The position numbers and the translations under genes are program-made. Source: a bacterium (GTDB lineage: Bacteria > Patescibacteriota > Minisyncoccia > UBA6257 > Colwellbacteraceae). Taken from it: 64,000 nucleotides of DNA. The notes beneath the pieces were generated by a model, which was not told where the DNA came from, did no database searches, and saw only the letters and a list, made by a program, of their open reading frames with translations. The stretch covers positions 28,706 to 92,705 of the forward strand of contig JAKPNH010000007.1 in assembly GCA_029548485.1 (NCBI GenBank). Reading direction: 5' to 3'. This document shows, piece by piece, positions 9,653 through 20,866 of the stretch. Position 1 is the stretch's first letter. Each line of letters starts with the position of its first letter.

Positions 9653-10540
9653 ATGATCGAGAAATACCTGAAAGACTACCTGGATTATCTCCAGATCGAG
9701 AAAAACCGCTCTCCCCGGACCAAAGACGTTTACGAACGGGCGCTCAAAAAGTTCTTCGAGTTCTCCAAGATCAAAAAACCCGCGGATATCACCAATGAAA
9801 AAATCCGGAGCTACCGCATTTATCTTGCGGAAAAGACAACTCTCAAGAAAAACACCCAAAGCTACCGCATCATCGCCATCAGGAATTTCCTCCGTTACCT
9901 TATCAAAATGGATGTGAAAGTCGTTTTGCCGGACAAAATCGAACTGCCGCAGATCCCCAAAAGGCAGATCGACATCATCGAATACGAAGACCTGGAGCGG
10001 ATTCTCGAAGCTCCGGCCGGACCGAGTCTGAAAGCTCTTCGCGACCGAGCTATTCTCGAACTCTTCTTCTCGACCGGGCTCCGCGTTTCCGAACTCTGTT
10101 CCCTCGACCGGTATCTCAATTGGAAGCGCGGCGAGATCACGGTCCGCGGCAAAGGAGAAAAGCTGCGGGTGGTTTTCATTTCTGACCGCGCCAAAAAAGC
10201 GATCAAGAATTATTTGGACAAAAGGGCCGACGCCGAGCAGGCGCTTTTCGTGAGTTATTCGAACGGCCCGAATCCGCGCGTCATCGGCCGGATAACGCCG
10301 CGGAGCGTGGAACGTTTGGTCGACTTTTACAGCCGCAAGGCCGGGGTCGCCCGGAAAGTTTCTCCGCACACCTTGCGGCACCTTTTCGCGACCGACCTAT
10401 TGATGAACGGAGCGGACTTGAGGGCGGTCCAGGAAATGCTCGGCCACGCGAGCATCCAAACGACGCAAATCTACACCCACCTCACGAATAAAACCCTGAA
10501 AGAAATCCACGACGCTTTCCACGATAGAAGAAGGGGATAA
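9653..10540 (+). CDS. site-specific tyrosine recombinase XerC/XerD family
   Basis: N-terminal core-binding domain and catalytic C-terminus with R...HTLRH...Y (HTLRHLFATDLL ... TTQIYTHL). Confidence 0.85.
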   Translation: MIEKYLKDYLDYLQIEKNRSPRTKDVYERALKKFFEFSKIKKPADITNEKIRSYRIYLAEKTTLKKNTQSYRIIAIRNFLRYLIKMDVKVVLPDKIELPQIPKRQIDIIEYEDLERILEAPAGPSLKALRDRAILELFFSTGLRVSELCSLDRYLNWKRGEITVRGKGEKLRVVFISDRAKKAIKNYLDKRADAEQALFVSYSNGPNPRVIGRITPRSVERLVDFYSRKAGVARKVSPHTLRHLFATDLLMNGADLRAVQEMLGHASIQTTQIYTHLTNKTLKEIHDAFHDRRRG

Positions 10541-10695
10541 AAATAGTGCCGGGAGAGGGATTTGGACCCTCAAGTCCTTGCGGACACGGCGCCCTAAACG
10601 CCGCGCGTCTGCCAGTTTCGCCATCCCGGCTTATATTGATTTATAGCATAAAAGCTCTTTATTCCGCGAAAAATCCATAAAAAGCCTTGTTTTCC

Positions 10696-10724
10696 TTGAC
10701 AGGTCGGCAGAAATATGATATTAT
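10696..10724 (+). promoter_or_regulatory. sigma70-like promoter (TTGACA, 17 nt spacer, TATTAT) for gene 10772-11425, followed by a 14-bp palindrome TGTGAACTTTCACA (10736-10749) at an operator-like position
   Basis: Consensus -35 TTGACA at 10696-10701, a 17-nt spacer, then -10 TATTAT at 10719-10724. A strong RBS AGGAGGAGG lies 6 nt upstream of the ATG at 10772. Confidence 0.55.
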
Positions 10725-10771
10725 TAATATATAAGTGTGAACTTTCACAAGACAGATAGGAGGAGGAAGAA

Positions 10772-11425
10772 ATGGCGGTTTTGGGGATTCTGATATCGGT
10801 TTTTGGTGTCGTTGCCATATTTTGGCTACGGGACCGGAGAAACATCCGAAGCTACCAGTGGCTTCGGATTCACTGGATCAATAGAGGTTTGATTGTAGCC
10901 GCTACCATGATTGTGGCTATCGGGGTTGCCATCACTATATCCCCGGTGGGTTGGATAACAGCTACTATTGTGGCTGTGATTCTGGCCGCGGCTCTCGCTT
11001 TTGGCCTGCAACAAGCAGGCGTAAGACGAGGGATGATTATTGTGGTCGTAGTTATTATCACCGCCCTATCTCTAGCCAGATACAGACCAGTCAGCACTTC
11101 TTCGCATCAAGAAGAAACCGTTAAATTTACTCCGCCGTTTTCATTAACGGAGGAGACCGACGACTTCGGCAAAGACAAAAAGATGGTTCTTGTCCTCGCT
11201 GGCAACAATAAGGGAGTCGATGGACCGGTGATAAAATCCCTTATCAAAAAATATCCCGGATACGGGATATGGTTTGTGGGTTCGGCTCCGGACAAGACTT
11301 TCGTCCAGTTCGGAGACAAGAAGCTTCCGCTTGACGCCAAATGGGGCGAACAGTTCGGTGCCCCGACATTCTTCGGCCCCGAAGGAGAAACGGTCGAGAT
11401 CATCCTCGCTCCTATTTCCAGATAA
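10772..11425 (+). CDS. hypothetical membrane protein (4 N-terminal TM helices plus a soluble C-terminal domain)
   Basis: 217 aa. Preceded by a consensus promoter and RBS. No recognisable catalytic motifs. Confidence 0.45.
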   Translation: MAVLGILISVFGVVAIFWLRDRRNIRSYQWLRIHWINRGLIVAATMIVAIGVAITISPVGWITATIVAVILAAALAFGLQQAGVRRGMIIVVVVIITALSLARYRPVSTSSHQEETVKFTPPFSLTEETDDFGKDKKMVLVLAGNNKGVDGPVIKSLIKKYPGYGIWFVGSAPDKTFVQFGDKKLPLDAKWGEQFGAPTFFGPEGETVEIILAPISR

Positions 11426-11440
11426 GGTCTTCAACAAAAA

Positions 11441-11470
11441 GCCTCCGCCTTGTGCGGAGGCTTCCTATTT
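11441..11470. terminator. bidirectional rho-independent terminator
   Basis: GCCTCCGC-CTTGT-GCGGAGGC hairpin flanked by A-tracts and T-tracts. Sits between the convergent genes 10772-11425(+) and 11481-11840(-). Confidence 0.7.
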
Positions 11471-11480
11471 ATTAGAAGTT

Positions 11481-11840
11481 TTAACGCCCCGTGATAAAGG
11501 CGGCGATAATAGAAGGTATTGACCTCGCCAAAACAGCCAAAGCGATACCGATAACGATATTCATGGCTCTTGGAGATAATTCTTTTATTTTATTGGTGTC
11601 TCCTCCGGATTTCACAAAATCAAACGCCGTCCGCAATATCATCCAGACCGTAAAAATAGTGATGATCCAGAAAAACCAGTTAAAAATAAGGGTGGGCCAT
11701 CCGTAAATATCGGTAAGGCTCCAGGTCCTCGTCGGGAGCGAAGGGATATCAGTAGGCGGAGGAATGGCTTGCGCCAAAACAACTCCCATATTTAGTGCGA
11801 CCACGGCCAATCCCGTTAACAAATAATTGATTTTTTTCAT
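11481..11840 (-). CDS. small two-TM secreted membrane protein, VirB2/TrbC-like pilin candidate (paralog 1 of 3)
   Basis: 119 aa. Signal peptide (MKKINYLLTGLAVVALNMGVVLAQA), two hydrophobic helices separated by a short polar loop (GGDTNKIKE), and a conserved C-terminal N-x-I-I-G...F-x-x-G tail shared with the next two ORFs. Confidence 0.4.
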   Translation of the reverse strand: MKKINYLLTGLAVVALNMGVVLAQAIPPPTDIPSLPTRTWSLTDIYGWPTLIFNWFFWIITIFTVWMILRTAFDFVKSGGDTNKIKELSPRAMNIVIGIALAVLARSIPSIIAAFITGR

Positions 11841-11909
11841 TTCTATTTCCTTTTATGACCTTTCTTGAATATTTATCTTATTATACAGAATAAAGCCGTT
11901 AAAACAAAA

Positions 11910-12260
11910 TCAGCCGGCAAAAAACTCCCTGACGATTCCCGGAATGCTTTGGGCGAACAGAATGACAACAAGACCGATGATCGCGTTCCACAATCTATTT
12001 TTGGCGTTTGCCTGGGCGGTAACAATGTTTTTATTAGTCATCAAGTCCCAAGCCGCTCTAAAAGCCTGGTAAATCATAATGGCCGAAGCGATCCACAAGA
12101 CCAGACTCCAAATCCTGGTGATTAAGGCTCCGATATCAGTCGGCAATCCGGTCGGCACAATTGCGTTTGGGTCGGGAACTGTTGCGTTTGGTTCCGAAGG
12201 GACGACGGCCTGCTGGGCCATCGCTTTTTTCACAAAAAATATTTTCAGTAAATCGAACAT
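11910..12260 (-). CDS. small two-TM membrane protein, VirB2/TrbC-like pilin candidate (paralog 2 of 3)
   Basis: 116 aa with the same architecture. C-terminus NAIIGLVVILFAQSIPGIVREFFAG. Confidence 0.4.
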   Translation of the reverse strand: MFDLLKIFFVKKAMAQQAVVPSEPNATVPDPNAIVPTGLPTDIGALITRIWSLVLWIASAIMIYQAFRAAWDLMTNKNIVTAQANAKNRLWNAIIGLVVILFAQSIPGIVREFFAG

Positions 12261-12261
12261 T

Positions 12262-12591
12262 TTATCCGCTAAACACGCCTTTTATCGTATTGTAGATCAA
12301 AACCGAACCGTAGACCAAAACCAAGCCGATAATGGCGTTTTGTATCTTTCCCTTGCCTTTGTCAAATTTTCCCTTATCTCCTCCGGCGGTCAGTATCTCG
12401 AATCCGCCGTAGACGATCCAGTAAAGGGCGACAAAAGGCACGATCTTGAAAATAAGATCGACGCCGTTCTTCAACAATTGAACGAATTGTTCCCAGCCGC
12501 AGCCGGTTTCAGGGTCGCAAGCCGGTATCAATCCCCTGGCGGCTTCGACCGCCTCTTCCGCGTCTTGGGCCAAAACCCGTGGAATCAGCAT
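12262..12591 (-). CDS. small two-TM membrane protein, VirB2/TrbC-like pilin candidate (paralog 3 of 3)
   Basis: 109 aa. C-terminus NAIIGLVLVYGSVLIYNTIKGVFSG. Tandem with the two paralogs above. Confidence 0.4.
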   Translation of the reverse strand: MLIPRVLAQDAEEAVEAARGLIPACDPETGCGWEQFVQLLKNGVDLIFKIVPFVALYWIVYGGFEILTAGGDKGKFDKGKGKIQNAIIGLVLVYGSVLIYNTIKGVFSG

Positions 12592-12607
12592 ATTAGGTTT
12601 TATTATA

Positions 12608-15046
12608 TCACAAACAGATGATACCGATGAGCTTGTCTCCGGAATTCAGCTTGATGATCCTCACTCCTTGGGCCGCTCTCGCGGTTTCGCGCACGCTTTT
12701 GATTTCCGTGCGGAGGATCTGGCCCTTGGCCGAAAGGGCGATCAGTTCGGTTTCTTCGAAGACCACAGAGGAAGCGACCAGCTTGCCGGTTTTCTGCGTT
12801 ATGGTGGCGGTTTTTATTCCCTTGCCGCCGCGGCTCTGAACCTTGTACTGCTTCAAGGGAGTCTGTTTGGCAAAACCGTTATCCATGACGCTCAAGAGGT
12901 TGGCGGTTTTTTTCTCGGCTGGCACGATGTCGAACGAAGCCACCTTATCCGAAGAAGAAAGGTTGATGCCCCGCACTCCGGAAGCGGCCCGGCCCATGGC
13001 CCTGGTTTCCGATTCCTTGAATCTGATGGCCTGGCCTTCGACCGAGGTGATGACGATTTCGTCCTTGCCCGAGGAAAGCTTGGCGCCGATAAGCTTATCT
13101 CCTTTGTTCAAATTGATGGCGATGATGCCGTTCCGTCTGATGTTCCCGAACTCCTTGATGCTGGTTTTTTTGATGACGCCTTTGGAGGTCACCATCACCA
13201 GATACCCGGAACCGGATTTCAGTTGATCGTTCGAATAGGTGATGATGGCGTTCACCGCCTCGTCCGCCGGAATCTCCAAAAAGTTCTGGATCAGCCGGCC
13301 TTTGGCCGTGCGGCTCGCGGCCGGGATCTCGTAAACCTTGGTTTGGAAAACCCGTCCTTTTTCCGTGAAGAAAAGGATGTTGTCGTGGGTGGCGGCGGAA
13401 ATGAAGTGCGTCAGGAAGTCGTCTTCGCCGACGTCGGAGCCGATGACTCCTTTGCCGCCCCGGTGCTGGCTCTTGATATTCTGCGGCGGCAACCGCTTGA
13501 TGTATCCGCTTTTGGAAAAGGTGATCATCACCTCTTCTTCGGGGATCAGGTCTTCGTCGGAAAACTCCTTGAGCCCGGAGGCGACCACTTTGGTTTTCCT
13601 CTGGTCGCCGAATTTGTCTTTTAAGGCAAGCATCTCGGTTTTGACCACTTTCAGGATGGCTTTGGCGCTTTTTAAAAGCGCTTCCAATTCGGCGATCAAT
13701 TTCTTTTTCTCCTTAAGCTCGTTTTCTATTTTATCCCTTTCCAAAGCGGCCAGGCTCTGGAGCTTCATTTCCAAAATGGCTTCGGCCTGGAGTTCGCTCA
13801 AATCGAAATTCTTGATCAGATTCTTTTTGGCGGCTTCTTTGTCTTCGGACTTCTTGATGGTCGAGATGATCTTGTCGATGACCGAAAGCGCCTTGGCCAA
13901 GCCTTCCAATATATGGGCCCTTTCTTTGGCCCGCCTCAAATCGAATTCGGCGCGGCGCCGGACGACGTTTTCCCGATGCTTCAAGTGCACGGCGAGCATG
14001 TCTTTCAAGGACATGACTTCGGCCCGAATGCCGTCGGAAAGCGCCAGCATGTTCAAATGGAAGTCCTTCTGCAGATCGGTGAATTTATAAAGCTGGTTCA
14101 AAACCTTTTGGGGAACGGCGTCGTTTTTCAAATCGATCACGATCCGCAATCCGTCTTTGTCGGATTCGTCGCGGATATCCTTGATCCCTTCGATCCTTTT
14201 GTCCTGGACAAGCTCGGCCATTTTCACGATGAGCTCGGACTTGTTCACCTGGTAAGGGATCTCGGTGATGACGATCTTTTTTTCCTCGACGTCGGCCACG
14301 GCCCGGCAGGTGATGCCTCCCCTACCCGCGGCATAGGCCGCGGCAATGGCTTTCTTGTCGTAAATGGTTCCACCGGTCGGAAAATCCGGTCCTTTGACGA
14401 ACTCCAAAAGATTTTCGGTCGACGCTTCGGGGTTGTCGATCAAATAAACTTCGGCGTCGATGATTTCGGTCAAGTTGTGCGGCGGAATGTTGGTGGCCAT
14501 GCCGACGGCGATGCCCGAGGCGCCGTTCACCAAAAGATTCGGCAGTTTGGCCGGTAAAACAACGGGCTCGAACCGCGAAGCGTCGTAGTTCGGCTGCCAG
14601 TCGGTGGTTTCTTTTTCGATGTCGGCCAGAAGCTCCTCGGATATCTTGGCCAAACGGGCTTCGGTGTAGCGCTGGGCCGCCGGCGGATCGCCGTCGATCG
14701 AACCGAAGTTTCCCTGGCCTTGGACCAAGGGATAACGCAAAGAAAAGTCCTGGGCCATGCGCACCATGGCGTCGTAGACGGCCAGATCTCCATGCGGATG
14801 GTATTTTCCGAGACACTCTCCGGTGACCCTGGCCGCTTTCATGAATTTGGCTCCGGGAGTGAGGCCCATATCCCACATAGCCCAGAGAATGCGGCGCTGC
14901 ACCGGCTTCAAGCCGTCCCTCGCGTCGGGCAAGGCTCGGCCGACGATGACGGACATGGCGTAATCGAGATAAGCCTCCTTGAGTTCGGCGGTGATTTCCC
15001 GCTCCGTTATCTTTTCCGTCGATTGTTTTTTCTTTTCCTCGTCCAT
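12608..15046 (-). CDS. gyrA: DNA gyrase subunit A
   Basis: GyrA N-terminal breakage-reunion domain ([10 protein letters not shown], active-site Tyr region) and C-terminal beta-pinwheel repeats. Confidence 0.95.
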   Translation of the reverse strand: MDEEKKKQSTEKITEREITAELKEAYLDYAMSVIVGRALPDARDGLKPVQRRILWAMWDMGLTPGAKFMKAARVTGECLGKYHPHGDLAVYDAMVRMAQDFSLRYPLVQGQGNFGSIDGDPPAAQRYTEARLAKISEELLADIEKETTDWQPNYDASRFEPVVLPAKLPNLLVNGASGIAVGMATNIPPHNLTEIIDAEVYLIDNPEASTENLLEFVKGPDFPTGGTIYDKKAIAAAYAAGRGGITCRAVADVEEKKIVITEIPYQVNKSELIVKMAELVQDKRIEGIKDIRDESDKDGLRIVIDLKNDAVPQKVLNQLYKFTDLQKDFHLNMLALSDGIRAEVMSLKDMLAVHLKHRENVVRRRAEFDLRRAKERAHILEGLAKALSVIDKIISTIKKSEDKEAAKKNLIKNFDLSELQAEAILEMKLQSLAALERDKIENELKEKKKLIAELEALLKSAKAILKVVKTEMLALKDKFGDQRKTKVVASGLKEFSDEDLIPEEEVMITFSKSGYIKRLPPQNIKSQHRGGKGVIGSDVGEDDFLTHFISAATHDNILFFTEKGRVFQTKVYEIPAASRTAKGRLIQNFLEIPADEAVNAIITYSNDQLKSGSGYLVMVTSKGVIKKTSIKEFGNIRRNGIIAINLNKGDKLIGAKLSSGKDEIVITSVEGQAIRFKESETRAMGRAASGVRGINLSSSDKVASFDIVPAEKKTANLLSVMDNGFAKQTPLKQYKVQSRGGKGIKTATITQKTGKLVASSVVFEETELIALSAKGQILRTEIKSVRETARAAQGVRIIKLNSGDKLIGIICL

Positions 15047-15070
15047 GTTTTCCGAGCTACATTATATATA

Positions 15071-15631
15071 TCAAGAAGACAAAACCGCCAATTTGGTCTT
15101 TTCTTCGCTGCCGAGGTCTTTTTTCTTGATCGTTAGCTTTTCCTGCGGCAAAGCCTCTTCGCCGAGTTCCGCGGCCAGTTTTTTCTCGTCTCCCCTCGGA
15201 ATGGCCAATTTCGGCTCGATGGCCTTGATATAGCGCAAACTCGGGGCGGCCGATCCCGGAACGAAAAGAACATCGATCCCGTCCAAAGCGTCGAGCTCGT
15301 CTTCGGTCAAGTCCGCGGAAATGTCTCCGAGAAACCCGAGCTTAATGTCTTCGAGTCCGACGCTGTAGACGGTTTTCAGGGTATTTCCTTTGGATTCCTT
15401 GGAAACCAAGACCCCTTTGATCTTCGCCGGACCCAGATTGTATTCGCCCGGGCCGAAAATTTCCTCTTCTTTCGGGGGGAAATCGTCGATGCCGGTTTCG
15501 AGCGCCGTATGCAGGATCAAATCGCCTTTCAGACGGCTTCCGGCCGAAGGCGCGGTTTCCGGGTCGATCACCAAGTTAAAATTCGGCGTCTGTATTTTGT
15601 AACATCCGCCTCCATGCCAGCTGATTGTCAT
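15071..15631 (-). CDS. MBL-fold-like metal-dependent hydrolase homolog (COG2220-like, motif degenerate)
   Basis: N-terminus MTISWHGGGCYKIQT..NLVIDP resembles the UlaG/COG2220 family, but no intact HxHxDH motif is visible. Confidence 0.35.
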   Translation of the reverse strand: MTISWHGGGCYKIQTPNFNLVIDPETAPSAGSRLKGDLILHTALETGIDDFPPKEEEIFGPGEYNLGPAKIKGVLVSKESKGNTLKTVYSVGLEDIKLGFLGDISADLTEDELDALDGIDVLFVPGSAAPSLRYIKAIEPKLAIPRGDEKKLAAELGEEALPQEKLTIKKKDLGSEEKTKLAVLSS

Positions 15632-15656
15632 TTAATCCATTTTATCAGATTTAGGC

Positions 15657-16797
<1,141 letters not shown>

Positions 16798-16805
<8 letters not shown>

Positions 16806-18633
16806 ACAGCTTGGAAAAAGCTTGGTTGTTTTAACCGCCGTTTTCTTCGTCCTCGTCAGCCTCCTCTCCTTTACCGCCTCCCAAGAAAAGCCCGAACCGA
16901 TCTCCCTAAACAATCTGGCCCAGAAAATCGTCGCCGGAGAAATCTCCGAAGTGGTTGTCGATTACAACGTCTTGGAGATCATCTCGCGCGACGACCGGAG
17001 CTTCGTCGCCTCCAAAGAGGCCGATGCCGATTTCGTGAGCCTGATGCGGAATTACGGGGTTCCGGCCGAAGCGCTTCAAGCCGTAAATTTGGAAGTCAAA
17101 GACAATACGACCAAAGAGCTCGTTATCGGCGCCTTGACGACCATCGTCCTTCCCCTGCTTCTCCTCGCCGGACTCATGTTCATGTTGACGAGGCGGGCCG
17201 TCGGAAACGCCAACCAGGCTTTTTCTTTCGGACGGGCGAACATCCATCTCTTCACCAACTTCAAGGACCGGATCACTTTCAAAGACGTGGCCGGCGCCAA
17301 AGAAGCCAAGCAAGAACTCGAAGAAGTGGTCGATTTTCTGAAAAACCCCAAGAAATTCCTTGATCTCGGAGCGAAGATCCCGAGAGGCGTTCTCCTGATG
17401 GGCCCTCCGGGCTCGGGCAAGACCTTGCTCGCGAGAGCGGTCGCCGGCGAAGCCGGGGTGCCTTTCTTCCACATGTCGGCTTCGGAATTCGTGGAAATGT
17501 TCGTCGGCGTCGGCGCGAGCCGCACCCGCGACGCTTTCCAGACGGCCAAGAAGGCCGCGCCCTCGATCCTTTTCATCGACGAGATCGACGCCGTCGGCCG
17601 CGAACGCGGCGCCGGATTGGGCGGAGGGCACGACGAGCGCGAACAAACCCTGAACCAGATCCTCGTCGAAATGGACGGATTTGAAAGGAACACGAACGTC
17701 ATCGTGCTCGCGGCCACCAATCGGCCGGACATTTTGGACCCGGCCCTGCTCCGCCCCGGAAGGTTCGACCGTCGCATCGTGCTCGATCTGCCCGACATCT
17801 CCGAAAGGGAAGAAATTTTGCGGCTCCACGCCAAAGAAAAACCCGTCGGCCCGGATATCGATTTCCGGAAAATAGCGGTGCGCACTCCGGGGTTTTCCGG
17901 AGCCGATCTCGCGAACGTCATGAACGAGGCGGCCATTCTCGCGGCCCGCAACAACAAAAAGATAATCAGCCAAGAGAATGTCTACGACTCGATCGAAAAA
18001 GTCCTGCTCGGACCCGAACGCCGGAGCAAGATCGTCTCCGACAAGGAAAAGCGCGTCACCGCTTTCCACGAGGCTGGACACGCCCTCGTTTCCGTGGGAG
18101 TGAAGAATTCCGATCCGGTCCACAAGATTTCCATCATCAGCCGCGGCCGCGCCGGAGGCTACACCCTGAAACTGCCGACCGAAGACCAAAGGCTTAAAAC
18201 CAAAGAACAATTCCTGGCCGATCTCGCCGTGCTCTTGGCCGGATTCGTCGCCGAAAAACAAATCTTCGGAGACGTTTCGACCGGCGCTTCGAGCGATCTG
18301 AAAACCGCTTCCGAGATTGCGAGGAAGCTCGTCACCCGCTTCGGTATGAGCGACAAGCTGGGGCCGATCGTTTTCGGAGACACCGAAGAATTGATCTTTT
18401 TGGGACGGGAGATTTCCGCGGAGAAAAACTATTCGGAAAAAGTGGCCGCCTTGATCGACGACGAAGTCAAGGAATTCGTCTTGAGGGCGAAGAAAGCGGC
18501 CGAAAAAATATTGAAAACGAACGACAAGGCCCTCGCCAAGATCGCCGAGGCCTTGCTCAAGGAAGAAACCATCGAGCAGGAAGCGTTCTATCGCCTGGTG
18601 AAGCCCTTCAATTTGAAACCGATATCGGTTTAG
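16798..18633 (+). CDS. ftsH: ATP-dependent zinc metalloprotease FtsH
   Basis: N-terminal TM helices, AAA module with Walker [12 protein letters not shown] region, and the zinc-binding HEAGHAL motif. Confidence 0.95.
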
Positions 18634-18649
18634 ATTAAGCTTGGAGCTG

Positions 18650-18724
18650 CGGCGCGTAGCTCAGTGGTAGAGCAATGCTCTTATAAAGCATGGGTCGCAG
18701 GTCCGATCCCTGCCGCGCCGACCA
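18650..18724 (+). tRNA. tRNA-Ile (anticodon TAT; decodes AUA), CCA encoded
   Basis: Acceptor CGGCGCG pairs with CGCGCCG (C1-G72). D-arm GCTC/AGTGGTA/GAGC, anticodon stem ATGCT/AGCAT with loop CTTATAA (U33, anticodon UAU, A37). T-arm GCAGG-TCCGATC-CCTGC has C at the usual U55 position. Confidence 0.7.
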
Positions 18725-18750
18725 AAAGCCCCGGAAATCGGGGCTTTAAA
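18725..18750. terminator. hairpin immediately 3' of tRNA-Ile(TAT)
   Basis: AAAGCCCCG-GAAAT-CGGGGCTTT followed by an A-tract and a T-tract. Confidence 0.5.
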
Positions 18751-18759
18751 AAAGTTTGA

Positions 18760-18795
18760 CGTGAAACACGAGCGTTTCCACAGATTTGTTTCACG
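18760..18795. repeat. inverted repeat CGTGAAACA (18-nt spacer) TGTTTCACG, containing a nested GAAAC-N6-GTTTC
   Basis: Shares the GTGAAACA half-site with the four 18-bp palindromes in the 23.6-23.85 kb intergenic region. Confidence 0.6.
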
Positions 18796-18838
18796 CTTGA
18801 TTTTAAAAGGCTTTTCGTTTGTAATAAACGAGATTCCG

Positions 18839-18910
18839 GCGCGCTTAGCTCAGCGGTAGAGCGTCTCGTTTACACCGAGAAGGCCCTAGGTTCGAATCCT
18901 TGAGCGCGCA
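18839..18910 (+). tRNA. tRNA-Val (anticodon TAC)
   Basis: Acceptor GCGCGCT pairs with AGCGCGC. D-arm GCTC/AGCGGTAG/AGC, anticodon stem TCTCG/CGAGA with loop TTTACAC, T-loop TTCGAAT. Confidence 0.8.
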
Positions 18911-18997
18911 CCGTATTGAAATATTTCTGCGCGCCCAAAGGTTAACCGGCAAGAGCCGCGATTTTCCGTTTGGGTTTAATAATTTATAATTGATTGA

Positions 18998-19675
18998 ATG
19001 AAAGGAATAATCTTGGCCGCCGGCAAAGGCCTGCGTTTGCGGCCGCTCACTCTGGAGACGCCCAAGCCCTTGATCAAGATCAAAGGAGAAACTCTTTTGG
19101 AACGCCTGGTAAGAGAACTGCCTCCTTTCGACGAGCTTATAATCGTCACCGGCTACTTGGCCGGACAAATCGAAGATTTCGTCAAAGACAAACTGTCCGA
19201 CCGGAAAACGGTTTGCGTTCGCCAGCCAGAGCCGAAAGGAACTTTTGACGCGCTCGCTTGCTGCCGGCCGCTTGTCGCCGACGAAGAAAGATTCGCCGTG
19301 TTCTTTCCCGACGATCTGATCGACAATCGGTCGATCACCGAATGCTTGAAATACGATCTGGCCGCCGTGGTCAAAGAAACGAACGATCCGGAAAGATTCG
19401 GGATCGTCGCCGTCGATCCCGACGGTTTTATCGTCGATGCCGTGGAAAAACCGAAGAATCCTTTTTCCAATCTGGCGCTCGCGAGCGGTTATGTTCTCGA
19501 CGCCGACATTTTCCGATATCCGCCGCCGCTCGGAGCGAACGACGAATACCATCTTTCCGAAGCCATCGCCCGATTGTCCAAAACCCGCAAAGTGAAAACC
19601 GTAAAATCCGATTCCTGGTTTCCGATATCTTCGGCCGAAGATCTTTTGGAAGCCGAAAAGATCTTGAACCGATAA
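18998..19675 (+). CDS. sugar-phosphate nucleotidyltransferase (NTP_transferase domain)
   Basis: N-terminal GIILAAGKGLRLRPLT motif of the glucose-1-phosphate nucleotidyltransferase family. Confidence 0.7.
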   Translation: MKGIILAAGKGLRLRPLTLETPKPLIKIKGETLLERLVRELPPFDELIIVTGYLAGQIEDFVKDKLSDRKTVCVRQPEPKGTFDALACCRPLVADEERFAVFFPDDLIDNRSITECLKYDLAAVVKETNDPERFGIVAVDPDGFIVDAVEKPKNPFSNLALASGYVLDADIFRYPPPLGANDEYHLSEAIARLSKTRKVKTVKSDSWFPISSAEDLLEAEKILNR

Positions 19676-19677
19676 AA

Positions 19678-20673
19678 TCAAAAGGGTTGGCCCAGTTTTT
19701 CCAAGAGTTTGTAAGCGTCGGCGAATTTGGCGTAGCCGCGCCACGAGGCCCGGGAATTTTCCCAGGACTCTTCGGACAAAAGATCGTTTCTCACCATCGC
19801 CTCCAAACGGCGTTTCTTTTTCAGGAATCTTTTGACCGTGGATTTCCTCAAAAATCTTTTGTTTCCGCGAATGACGTAACCTAAGAAATCGACTCCTTTG
19901 TCCGTCGGAAAAACTTCGGCCTTTTTGGGGTGTAGCTCCAACCTCAGCCGGTCGCGCAGAAATTCTCGGATGAGCTCTTTGGACTCATGAAGACGGCCCT
20001 TGTCCAAGCCGAGAACGAGGAAATCGTCCATGTATCGGAGATAATATTTTTCCCGCAAGTTCCTTTTGACGAAATAATCGAGTTCGTTCAAATAGATGTT
20101 GGCGAAAATTTGACTGGTGAGATTGCCGATGGGAATGCCGGGCTTGTGGCTCTCGAGTATTTCGCCGAGGAGCCAGAGAACGTCTTCGTCCGGGATTTTC
20201 CGGCGGAAAATTTCCGCGATCAATTCGTGATCGACGTTGTCGAAATATTTGGAAACGTCGCATTTCAGGCAATAGACGCGCCGGCCTCGGGCTTTGGTCT
20301 TCAAGCTTCGCAAGAAACTCTCCAACCTTCTCACGGCCGCGTGGGTTCCTTTTCCTCTGCGGCAAGCGTAGGAATCATAAACAAAACCTTTGTCGAAAAT
20401 CGGCTCGATAATACCGCAAACCGCGTGGTGGACCACGCGGTCTCGGAAGGGCGCCGCCCGAATGGTGCGTTTTTTGGAGTCGCTCACGATGAATTCGCGA
20501 TAGCTTCCGTGCCGATAAGTCTTACTTTCCAATTCTCTTTGGAGCGCGAGGAGGTTTTCCTCCAGACGATGGCCGAATTTCAAAATGGAAAAACGATAGC
20601 GTTTGCAATGGCGGGCGTTAAGATAAGCGCGATGGAGGTTTCGGAAATCGGTGATTCGTTCAAAAAGAGTCAT
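19678..20673 (-). CDS. DGR reverse transcriptase
   Basis: 331 aa. RT motifs include RTIRAAPFRDRVVHHAV and YLRYMDDFLVL (YxDD). Motif 4 reads IPIGNLTSQIF, the DGR-specific [I/V]GxxxSQ form in place of the QGxxxSP of group II intron and retron RTs. Confidence 0.85.
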   Translation of the reverse strand: MTLFERITDFRNLHRAYLNARHCKRYRFSILKFGHRLEENLLALQRELESKTYRHGSYREFIVSDSKKRTIRAAPFRDRVVHHAVCGIIEPIFDKGFVYDSYACRRGKGTHAAVRRLESFLRSLKTKARGRRVYCLKCDVSKYFDNVDHELIAEIFRRKIPDEDVLWLLGEILESHKPGIPIGNLTSQIFANIYLNELDYFVKRNLREKYYLRYMDDFLVLGLDKGRLHESKELIREFLRDRLRLELHPKKAEVFPTDKGVDFLGYVIRGNKRFLRKSTVKRFLKKKRRLEAMVRNDLLSEESWENSRASWRGYAKFADAYKLLEKLGQPF

Positions 20674-20866
20674 GACCGTCGAGAACCCTTGACCCCGCGC
20701 CAGTATATCCGAAAGGCAATGGCGCGGGGAAACAGGTCGTATTTTCCCCTTCGGACACTAAGCCCTAACGAAGAAGGAATAAAAGCAGTAGCCATCTTGG
20801 CGCAGTCCCGGAATCTTTTGATTCCGAGCTCGGGCCAAGGATCGTCAAACGATCCTTATCGATGAG

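Noticed and set aside
9653-12591. XerC/D-like recombinase plus pilin-like triplet as an integrated mobile element
   Set aside because: No flanking direct repeats or att-like duplications of tRNA 3' ends were seen nearby. The recombinase may simply be the chromosomal dimer-resolution Xer.
12668-14557. Plus-strand ORFs antisense to gyrA (12668-13624, 13338-14090, 13913-14557)
   Set aside because: Shadow ORFs opposite a highly conserved gene, with no motifs.
16906-18261. 451-aa minus-strand ORF antisense to ftsH, and the 15747-16640 ORF antisense to rpsA
   Set aside because: Shadow ORFs. FtsH and S1 are unambiguous on the plus strand.
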